Origin: a candidate division WOR-1 bacterium RIFOXYB2_FULL_45_9
GTDB taxonomy: Bacteria > Margulisbacteria > WOR-1 > O2-12-FULL-45-9 > XYB2-FULL-48-7
DNA: 64,000 nt
Direction of reading: 5' to 3'
Assembly: GCA_001771575.1 (NCBI GenBank)
Contig: MEUD01000001.1
Location: 1,575,470-1,639,469 of the forward strand
This document shows, piece after piece, positions 27,169-34,100 of this stretch (its first letter is position 1; the number at the start of each line of letters is the position of its first letter). A program made the translations under genes and the position numbers. The notes under the pieces were generated by a model, which was not told the DNA's origin, did no database searches, and saw only the letters and a program-made list of their open reading frames with translations.

Positions 27169-27816
27169 ATGAAAACGATCTCCGTCGCGCAAGCCAAAGA
27201 ATTTGACCACCGGGCCCAGGTTGATTTTGGCGTGCCGTCGATCGTTTTGATGGAGAACGCCGGCCGGAGCGCGGCCGAGGTCGCTTTGAAGATGCTTTGG
27301 TGGCGGGAGAGGGCGGCGGTTGTTTGCGGGGTAGGGAATAACGGCGGCGATGGCCTGGTCGCGGCGCGCCACCTTTATAATCAAGGGAAAAAAGTCACGG
27401 TTTTTGTTATTGGGGACCACAACCGGGGGACGATCGATTTTATGGCCAATCTGCTGATAATTGAGCATCTTGGCTTGCCGATCGTTTGGGTCAAAGAAGC
27501 GGTTCAGCTTGAAGAGCTCTCCCAGGCGGAGCTGGTGATCGACGCTCTTTTTGGTTTAGGGTTGACGACTCCTGTTAGGCAACCGGCTAGGGAGATGATC
27601 GAAACGATAAATAGCTTGCGCAGGCCGGTTTTAGCGGTCGATCTTCCATCAGGCTTGAACGCTGATAGCGGCGAGGTGATGGGGGCGGCGGTAAAAGCCA
27701 AGTGTACCGTGACTTTTATCGCTATGAAGAAAGGGTTTTTGTCTCCTCAAGCGAAACAATATTGTGGGCGTATTATTGTAAGAGATATTGGGATTACCTC
27801 ACCCACCATCCGCTAA
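27169..27816 (+). CDS. nnrE: NAD(P)H-hydrate epimerase (YjeF N-terminal domain)
   Basis: YjeF_N hallmarks: CGVGNNGGDGLVAARHL and the LDxxFGxG loop (IDALFGLGL). 215 aa. Confidence 0.8.
   Translation: MKTISVAQAKEFDHRAQVDFGVPSIVLMENAGRSAAEVALKMLWWRERAAVVCGVGNNGGDGLVAARHLYNQGKKVTVFVIGDHNRGTIDFMANLLIIEHLGLPIVWVKEAVQLEELSQAELVIDALFGLGLTTPVRQPAREMIETINSLRRPVLAVDLPSGLNADSGEVMGAAVKAKCTVTFIAMKKGFLSPQAKQYCGRIIVRDIGITSPTIR
27171..27200 (+). repeat. 30-bp direct repeat copy B (GAAAACGATCTCCGTCGCGCAAGCCAAAGA) = codons 2-11 of nnrE
   Basis: See copy A. Confidence 0.7.
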
Positions 27817-27852
27817 AGCGGATGGTCCCCCCTCTCCATTTCATGGAGAGGG
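27805..27852. other. two tandem perfect hairpins at the nnrE stop codon
   Basis: ACCATCCGC-TAAA-GCGGATGGT (27805-27826; the loop contains the TAA stop), then CCCTCTCCAT-TTC-ATGGAGAGGG (27830-27852). No T-tract follows. Confidence 0.5.
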
Positions 27853-27964
27853 CCGGGGATAGGGGAAGCGAAATGCGCGTCCATACTGAACTTGTATTCT
27901 AATCCAGTGCCATTCTTTGGGTGTCTGCCTCACTCAACACTGGGACAAACCGCTCAATAAGCCA

Positions 27965-27995
27965 GGAAGCCGCGGCGATATTACCGCTAGTTTCC
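27965..27995. repeat. 31-nt REP-like palindromic repeat, copy 1 (GGAAGCCGCGGCGATATTACCGCTAGTTTCC)
   Basis: Matches copies at 41121-41151 and, in reverse complement, at 62947-62977, with 2-4 mismatches. Outer stem GGAA(A/G)CC…GGTTTCC. Confidence 0.65.
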
Positions 27996-28051
27996 TGGGT
28001 TGCTTTTCCCCTAAACCGTGAGTAAAATGTGGGCAGAGAAGGGGAGGATAT

Positions 28052-28348
28052 ATGGATAAAATAGAAAATGCTCAAGAGAATGTTTTAAATTTGTTAAGGA
28101 AAGAGTGCGATAATTGGGTTGATTTAAATGAACTGTTTAATGAAGTACCGAATGCAAAAAATGATTTTACTAATGTTGATGATTTTTTTAAGAACGTAAT
28201 TGTTCCTTTGCAGCTTAAAAATAAAATTGATGTAGATAGTAAAGTGAAAGTTCCACTCTGTCCTCAGCCAAGTCAAAGTCCTCAAAATGCGCCTATAATC
28301 AGGAATCTCAGCAGTGTTGAAATTATTCAAGTTAGAATTAAACAATAA
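28052..28348 (+). CDS. hypothetical protein (98 aa), AT-rich
   Basis: ORF in a low-GC islet with GGAGG RBS (aagGGGAGGatatATG). No homology recognised. Confidence 0.4.
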   Translation: MDKIENAQENVLNLLRKECDNWVDLNELFNEVPNAKNDFTNVDDFFKNVIVPLQLKNKIDVDSKVKVPLCPQPSQSPQNAPIIRNLSSVEIIQVRIKQ

Positions 28349-28363
28349 ATCCATAGTTTTAGG

Positions 28364-28870
28364 TTAAATAAAACCTATCCTTGTGGGTTTTTCCGGTTGA
28401 GTAAGCATTTGATGAATCGCCTCGAAGATTAATTGAATATCCGAGCTGTTCTTGCCGGTTTTTTGTTCCAGTTCATTAATCTTGGCAATTAATTCCTTGT
28501 GTTGAGCTAGAATGTTCCGCAATTTGGTGAATATCCTCATGATCTGAATATTAACCTGGACAGCTTGTTTACTTCGTAGAACAGAAGAAAGCATCGCAAC
28601 CCCGTTTTCGGTAAAAACATTGATATTTTTATGGTATTTTAAAGGAGAGGATATCACAATTTGTGATATCCTCTGTATTTCCTGTTTTGACAGCGAAAAC
28701 ATGAAGTCATTTGGGAACCTTTCCTGATTTCTACTTACTGCTTGGTTTAAGGTGCCTGTTGGGATTCCGTATAATTCTGCTAAATCCCGGTCTAACATAA
28801 CTTTTTGGCCACGAATCATGTAGATTTTGTTTTGGATTGCTTCTAAAGGGATCAATTCATTATTGGTCAT
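28364..28870 (-). CDS. ORF6N domain protein (phage antirepressor-like DNA-binding N-terminal domain)
   Basis: N-terminus IRGQKVMLDRDLAELYGIPTGTLNQAVSRNQERFPNDFMFSL matches the ORF6N (KilA-N-related) consensus almost residue for residue. AT-rich. Confidence 0.8.
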   Translation of the reverse strand: MTNNELIPLEAIQNKIYMIRGQKVMLDRDLAELYGIPTGTLNQAVSRNQERFPNDFMFSLSKQEIQRISQIVISSPLKYHKNINVFTENGVAMLSSVLRSKQAVQVNIQIMRIFTKLRNILAQHKELIAKINELEQKTGKNSSDIQLIFEAIHQMLTQPEKPTRIGFI

Positions 28871-28902
28871 AATTTTGCCTTTTGGAAATAAGATGCTAAG
28901 AA

Positions 28903-29769
28903 CTAAGCAATATTATTGCCAAGTGCAGTTGCGGAGCAGATTCGTGGAATACCGGCATAATCATTGATAATTATAATATCTGTATAATTAGGGTTAATAC
29001 TGAAAAACTGACGAATTGCCGCTGATTGTCCAAACCCAAACTCAAACATTAACTTTCCTCCAGGATTAAGATGAGCGGGGGCGTCTTTGATGAGACGGCG
29101 GATATAGGCTAAGCCGTCAGCCCCGCCGTCAAGCGCTGAAATAGGCTCCCAATCTTTAACTTCAGGCTCCAATCCTGTTAAATCAGCGGTCGGGATGTAG
29201 GGAGGGTTCGAGACGATCAAGTCGACTTTTTCTTTCAAAGGAGCGAGAAGATCCCCTTCAAGAAAAGTGATTTGAGCGTTGTGAGCCGCGGCGTTTTCTT
29301 TGGCTAATTCCAAAGCAGAAGGGGAGAGATCGATTGCGGTAACTCTGGCAGTTGGTAATTCCTTGGCTAACGTAATGGCGATACACCCACTACCAGTCCC
29401 AACATCAGCAACAATGATAGGTGAATAGGGGATTAGGTGATTAGTGAATTTGGGATTGGAGATTATTTTTTCCACTAACAGTTCCGTTTCCGGTCGGGGG
29501 ATCAATACCCGTCGGTCGACTTTTATATCTATACCCATGAACGGTTGATAGCCGACAATGTACGCGGTCGGTTCGTGAGCCAGGCGTCTAGCGATCGAGG
29601 ATTTAAAGTTGGCCAGCAGTTTTTCCTGAATAACCTGATCGCCTTGCGATATTAATTTGGTTGTTGGTAGTTGGAGGTTGTTGGTTAATAAGACTTCCGT
29701 TTCCAATCGGGGATCTTCAAAGCTTGAGAGTTGGGTGATCCCCCAGGCGAGCGCCTCGGCGATCGTCAT
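28903..29769 (-). CDS. prmC: release factor glutamine N5-methyltransferase PrmC/HemK
   Basis: Motif I ADVGTGSGCIAI and NPPY (VSNPPYIP). Directly downstream of prfA with a 4-nt overlap. The last about 50 codons are AT-rich. Confidence 0.9.
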   Translation of the reverse strand: MTIAEALAWGITQLSSFEDPRLETEVLLTNNLQLPTTKLISQGDQVIQEKLLANFKSSIARRLAHEPTAYIVGYQPFMGIDIKVDRRVLIPRPETELLVEKIISNPKFTNHLIPYSPIIVADVGTGSGCIAITLAKELPTARVTAIDLSPSALELAKENAAAHNAQITFLEGDLLAPLKEKVDLIVSNPPYIPTADLTGLEPEVKDWEPISALDGGADGLAYIRRLIKDAPAHLNPGGKLMFEFGFGQSAAIRQFFSINPNYTDIIIINDYAGIPRICSATALGNNIA

Positions 29770-30827
29770 GCCGCGTTGGCGAGCTTGGCCGCCCGGTCGG
29801 CGGTCGCCAGGGCGTCGATCAGTTCATCAATATCACCATCGAGCATCGAATTGAGCTGGTGGACGGTAAAGCCGATCCGGTGATCGGTGATCCGGCTTTG
29901 CGGGAAATTATAGGTCCTGATCTTTTCGGAGCGGTCGCCGCTCCCGACCATCACCCGACGGCTCGATTCCCGCTCTTTGCGCAGTTTTTCTTCTTCGGCC
30001 TCGTAAATTCTGGCGCGCAGAAGCTTCATTGCCTTGGCCCGGTTCTGGAGCTGGGAGCGCTCTTCCCGGCATTCGACAACCGTCCCGGTCGGCAGGTGGG
30101 TCACCCGGACGGCGGAGGAGACTTTATTGACGTTCTGGCCGCCGGCGCCGCCCGCGCGGAACGCTTCAAATTTAATGTCTTTTTCGTCAATATGGATGTC
30201 GACATCTTCGACTTCAGGCAGGATCGCGACCGAAGCCGCCGAAGTGTGGATCCGTCCGCTCGCTTCGGTCTTGGGTACCCGCTGGACCCGGTGGATCCCG
30301 CCCTCATATTTTAAGCGGCTGTAAGCCCCTTTGCCGATAATATTGACGATCGCTTCTTTGTAGCCTCCCAGACCGGTGTCGCTGGCGTCAATGATCTCGG
30401 TTTTCCACCCTTTGCGTTCGGCGTAGCGCAGGTACATCCGGAGAAGGTCCCCGGCAAAAAGGGCCGCTTCGTCGCCGCCGGTCCCGGCCCTGATCTCCAT
30501 GATAATGTTCTTGTCATCGAGCGGATCTTTGGGGATGAGAAGGACTTCCAGCTGGGAGATGAGGGAGGTTTTCTTCCGTTCCAGTTCCTTGATCTCTTCC
30601 TCGGCGAGCTCTTTCATCGACTCGTCTTTGAGCATCGCTTCGGCCTCGGCCAGACTTTTCATCAGCTCCGTATATTCGCGGTATTTTTCGACCACTTCGC
30701 GCAGTTCGCTCAATTCTTTGGAGTAATTGGAAAACAGTTCGCGGTCGTTGATAATATCCGGCCGGCTTAGAGAACTTTCCAGCTCAATAAATCTTTTTTC
30801 GACGTTGGCAAGTTTGTCTAAAAACAT
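29766..30827 (-). CDS. prfA: peptide chain release factor 1
   Basis: PxT-type recognition region and GGQ motif (RAGGAGGQNVNKVSSAVRVTHLPTG). Confidence 0.95.
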   Translation of the reverse strand: MFLDKLANVEKRFIELESSLSRPDIINDRELFSNYSKELSELREVVEKYREYTELMKSLAEAEAMLKDESMKELAEEEIKELERKKTSLISQLEVLLIPKDPLDDKNIIMEIRAGTGGDEAALFAGDLLRMYLRYAERKGWKTEIIDASDTGLGGYKEAIVNIIGKGAYSRLKYEGGIHRVQRVPKTEASGRIHTSAASVAILPEVEDVDIHIDEKDIKFEAFRAGGAGGQNVNKVSSAVRVTHLPTGTVVECREERSQLQNRAKAMKLLRARIYEAEEEKLRKERESSRRVMVGSGDRSEKIRTYNFPQSRITDHRIGFTVHQLNSMLDGDIDELIDALATADRAAKLANAA

Positions 30828-30848
30828 GAGGTGTCCGAAAAGGGACGG

Positions 30849-31148
30849 TTACTTTTCCTTGGGGGCGGCTTTTTTCGGTTTCTTGGCGGCGCTCTTTTTT
30901 GCGGCCGCTTTGGCGACTTTCTTTTTCTTCTCTTTTTTCACGCGCGGAGCGACGTTGGCAAATTTCTTCTTGAACTTCTGGACGCGCCCTTCGGCGTCGA
31001 CCAGCTTCTGCTTGCCGGTGAAGAGCGGGTGGCAGGCGGAGCACATGTCGACCGTGACGTTCTCTCTGGTCGAGCCAATGGCAAAGACCGCCCCGCAGGC
31101 GCAGGTGGCTTTGGTGTCAAAATACTTTGGGTGGATGCCTTCTTTCAT
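30849..31148 (-). CDS. rpmE: 50S ribosomal protein L31 with a Lys/Ala-rich C-terminal extension
   Basis: [22 protein letters not shown]…[13 protein letters not shown] is canonical L31 (C-x-C…C-x-x-H zinc ribbon). The tail [29 protein letters not shown] is an extension. The ORF-track start at 31394 adds an 82-aa non-homologous N-terminus, so the start was trimmed to ATG 31148. Confidence 0.9.
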   Translation of the reverse strand: MKEGIHPKYFDTKATCACGAVFAIGSTRENVTVDMCSACHPLFTGKQKLVDAEGRVQKFKKKFANVAPRVKKEKKKKVAKAAAKKSAAKKPKKAAPKEK

Positions 31149-31188
31149 AACGCTAATCATAATAACATGAAAAGCGCGGCTTTGTCCA

Positions 31189-32019
31189 CTAATTTTCCTG
31201 GAGGCCTGCTTCCAATCCCCGCCGGTACTGGTATTCCTCCAGCAGATAGCGGGATTTGATCCGGGCCAAAAATTGAGGGTGGGCCTTGAGGAAGGTGTAA
31301 ATTCCCATCGCCAGCGGATTGATCCCAAGGAACATTTTGATCGTAAAATTGGGATGTTTTTTATAAAAGAGGGCGGCGGAGCGTCCCATTTCAAACTTTC
31401 GCTCCAGCATTCCAGAATCGGTGACCGGGTGATGGTGGTAATTGACCGCTCCGGGGAGGAAATAGAGCGGGACCTTCATCCGGGAGAGCCGGTACCCCAG
31501 CTCAATATCTTCCCAGCCGTAACCTTTGAACCGTTCGTCAAAAAGTCCGGCTTCCAGGAGTATCTTTTTGGGGAGAGAGAGGTTGCCGGTCAGAAAATAC
31601 GACCATTTGAGACGGGAGTGAGGAAAAATAAAAGATTTGATATACGGCTTCCCGTTCGGGTTGATGGTCAACCCTTCGAAGGAGGCGTCCTTCTTCCGCT
31701 GGTGGGCCTTCAGATGCTCCTCCAGCAGGGTTTCTTTGGCGACCATGTCGGCGTCGGTCAGAAAGATGATCTCCCCTTCGGCCGCTTTTATTCCCAGGTT
31801 GCGGGCAAAGGTCTTCCCCTTGTTTCCCACCCGCTGATAATTGAACCGGCAGGTTGGTTTTAGCTCCCGAACCATCTGGTCGGTCCCGTCGGTCGAGGAA
31901 CTGTCGACCAGCTGGACCTCGTATTCGGCGGGGGGGAGAGTTTGACGAAAAAGCGATTCCAGCGTTTGGCGCAGGACCTCTTTTTGATTGTAGGCGCCGA
32001 TCACGACCGATAGTTTCAT
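31189..32019 (-). CDS. family 2 glycosyltransferase
   Basis: [21 protein letters not shown]…[10 protein letters not shown]…LTDADM is the GT-A fold DXD architecture. Confidence 0.8.
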   Translation of the reverse strand: MKLSVVIGAYNQKEVLRQTLESLFRQTLPPAEYEVQLVDSSSTDGTDQMVRELKPTCRFNYQRVGNKGKTFARNLGIKAAEGEIIFLTDADMVAKETLLEEHLKAHQRKKDASFEGLTINPNGKPYIKSFIFPHSRLKWSYFLTGNLSLPKKILLEAGLFDERFKGYGWEDIELGYRLSRMKVPLYFLPGAVNYHHHPVTDSGMLERKFEMGRSAALFYKKHPNFTIKMFLGINPLAMGIYTFLKAHPQFLARIKSRYLLEEYQYRRGLEAGLQEN

Positions 32020-32098
32020 AGTTACATTATATAGCGGGGGAGCGCTGTGGACAAGTCAGATCGCGTGGGTTATTATAAGCGGGTGAAAGCGGGGAAAA

Positions 32099-32797
32099 AT
32101 GCACATTCCTGATGGTTTTCTTGACCCCAAGGTCGCGACCGGCCTCTTTGGCTCGGCGGTAGTGGTCTTAGCTTACAGCGCGGCCAGGGTCCGGGCCGCG
32201 GCGACGGCAGTTGCTCCAGCAATGGTACTGGCTACAGCCGGAAAAAAAGCGGCCAACTTTGCCCTGGGGGCGCGGCGGGTCTTGACCGACGAAGGGGAGC
32301 GGACGATCTACAAAATGGGGATGGTCGCGGCCCTTGTTTTTGCCGCGCAAATGTTCAACTTTCCGATCGGCAGTGGGACTTCCGGTCACTTAATTGGCGG
32401 GGTTTTTGCGGCGGTGATCCTGGGCCCGTTCGCCGGGTCGATCGTTATTGCCGCGGTCCTGGTCGTTCAGTCCTTCTTTTTCGCCGACGGTGGTCTGCTG
32501 GCGCTCGGCGCGAACATTATCAATATGGCCCTTTTTGGCGCGATCATTGGCTATTACATATATAACTTCCTAAAAAAAGCAGGGCCGGAATGGCTGGCGA
32601 TCGTGATTGCCGCCTGGCTCTCGGTCCCATTGGCCGCTTTCGCCTGCGCCCTGGAACTGGGGATCTCCGATACGATCCCCTTCGCGGTCGTTATTCCGGC
32701 GATGGTAAAAGTCCATCTGGTGATCGGGATCGCCGAAGGGCTGATCACTCTGGCCCTGGTCGGACTCTTCCACTCAATGCTTACGGAGAAGAGATGA
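32099..32797 (+). CDS. cbiM: ECF-type cobalt/nickel transporter substrate-capture subunit CbiM/NikM
   Basis: Starts MHIPDGFL, the signature N-terminus of CbiM/NikM. Polytopic membrane protein. Confidence 0.9.
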   Translation: MHIPDGFLDPKVATGLFGSAVVVLAYSAARVRAAATAVAPAMVLATAGKKAANFALGARRVLTDEGERTIYKMGMVAALVFAAQMFNFPIGSGTSGHLIGGVFAAVILGPFAGSIVIAAVLVVQSFFFADGGLLALGANIINMALFGAIIGYYIYNFLKKAGPEWLAIVIAAWLSVPLAAFACALELGISDTIPFAVVIPAMVKVHLVIGIAEGLITLALVGLFHSMLTEKR

Positions 32798-33030
32798 GAC
32801 GGCTTTTTTTTCTCTCGATCGCTATTGCTCTCCTGGCGACATTTTTCGCTTCCACTAAACCGGATGGCCTTGATTTTGTGGCAGAAAAGCTTGGCTTTGC
32901 CGGAAGGGGGATAGAACGGGCCGCCCCGCTCGACTATTCGACTGCTGGGATCGCCGGAGTTATGATCATGCTGGCCGTATTTTGGGGGAGCGCCCATGTT
33001 TTGAAAAAAAGTAAAGGAGGAGTCAGATGA
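32794..33030 (+). CDS. PDGLE domain (CbiN-like) small membrane protein
   Basis: Overlaps the cbiM stop (ATGA). Contains TKPDGLDFVAEKLG (PDGLE motif) between two TM segments. Confidence 0.6.
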   Translation: MRRLFFLSIAIALLATFFASTKPDGLDFVAEKLGFAGRGIERAAPLDYSTAGIAGVMIMLAVFWGSAHVLKKSKGGVR

Positions 33031-33452
33031 AAAAGATAGTTGTGTTTCTGTTTGCTTTGTTGGTTGCCTCTCAAGTTCAGGCCGCCGTCCCGTATCTTTA
33101 TGCCAACACCACCTGGGGAGCGATGGGTGGGGGATTGGGCTTTGATTTGGGAGACGGGAAAGCGGTCGATTTTTGCGCGACCGCCGGATCAGGCCCGTCG
33201 GGTTCAACCTACCAGCTTTACGCCGATTATTTTATCGGCAACTGGGGGGTGGGGGTTACCGCGAAGAAATTGGCCGTTAACGCCGATCTCGCCTACGACC
33301 TTAGCTTGCAATACGCCCTGGAGCAGGCGATTAACGACAGCGTCACCGTTGGCGCCTCCTTTACTTTGATCAATTACGACACGACCGCCAACGCCGATCC
33401 AAACTGGACCATTATTCCGAGCATTGGGGCGTATATTAAACTCCCGTTGTAA
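33027..33452 (+). CDS. secreted beta-rich protein (putative small OMP)
   Basis: Signal peptide MKKIVVFLFALLVASQVQA followed by Gly/aromatic-rich alternating pattern. Confidence 0.5.
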   Translation: MKKIVVFLFALLVASQVQAAVPYLYANTTWGAMGGGLGFDLGDGKAVDFCATAGSGPSGSTYQLYADYFIGNWGVGVTAKKLAVNADLAYDLSLQYALEQAINDSVTVGASFTLINYDTTANADPNWTIIPSIGAYIKLPL

Positions 33453-33494
33453 TCAGATCAATAAATATAGTAAAATAAATTTGAGGTGTTAAAC

Positions 33495-33995
33495 ATGAAA
33501 AAAAGTCTCTTTGTCGTTATGTTTCTCTGTCTCCTGGTCGCGGCTTCTTTTGCCGGGACGGTTAATGTTTCCGGCCGGGCCGGGATGTTCAACCACGGTA
33601 CTGGTTCGACGTCGATGATGTACGGCGTCAGCGCCGATTACGGCATCACGGAGAACGTTTCCCTCCGAGGAGCGGTCGATACGACCACTTACGATAGCGG
33701 AGGGGTTTCCACCACCTACATGCCGATCTCCGTTGACGTTATCTATCATCAGACTTTTAGCGGGATGATCACTCCTTACGCCGGCGCCGGTTTGAGCTAT
33801 AACTCGATGACCGTGGCGGGATCGACCAACTCGACCACCGGGTATCAGGGTGAAGTTGGGGTTAAGTTTTCATTGGGGGGGATGACCGCGGGCGTTGAAT
33901 ACCGGGTAATTTTCCCGGATGCCAGCAAGTCGACTTCCTTTACTTCATCAAGCGTTTATATACAGGGTGGTTTTTCGCAAAGTTTTAATATATAG
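33495..33995 (+). CDS. outer-membrane beta-barrel protein (OmpW/OMP_b-brl-like)
   Basis: ATG 33495 lies 8 nt after GAGG. Signal peptide MKKSLFVVMFLCLLVAASFA. Alternating hydrophobic beta-strand pattern, with GVEYRV and YIQGGFSQSF near the C-terminus. Confidence 0.6.
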   Translation: MKKSLFVVMFLCLLVAASFAGTVNVSGRAGMFNHGTGSTSMMYGVSADYGITENVSLRGAVDTTTYDSGGVSTTYMPISVDVIYHQTFSGMITPYAGAGLSYNSMTVAGSTNSTTGYQGEVGVKFSLGGMTAGVEYRVIFPDASKSTSFTSSSVYIQGGFSQSFNI

Positions 33996-34025
33996 GGAGC
34001 AGGGGAAAGTTAAAGGGACGAATTT

Positions 34026-34049
34026 AACCGCGCAATTAATTGCGCGGTT
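34026..34049. other. perfect 24-nt palindrome AACCGCGCAATTAATTGCGCGGTT
   Basis: Read directly. Between convergent genes, just upstream of the terminator hairpin. Confidence 0.5.
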
Positions 34050-34059
34050 AGGCAAAGCA

Positions 34060-34100
34060 GGGAAACCGGTTCCGATCTGATCGGGACGGTTTCCCTTTTT
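34060..34100. terminator. rho-independent terminator between the convergent OMP gene and bioA
   Basis: GGGAAACCGgttccgatctgatcgggaCGGTTTCCC followed by TTTTT. The T-tract overlaps the bioA stop codon on the other strand. Confidence 0.7.

Larger units (their letters stand above)
27900..29060. other. AT-rich islet (hypothetical gene + ORF6N gene) extending into the 3' end of prmC
   Basis: Low GC from about 27900 to about 29060. Bounded on the left by hairpins and REP-like copy 1. Confidence 0.5.

Noticed and set aside
31149-31394. 181-aa version of the L31 ORF
   Set aside because: The 82-aa N-terminal extension overlaps the upstream GT2 gene region and has no L31 homology. Canonical L31 starts at MKEGIHPKY.
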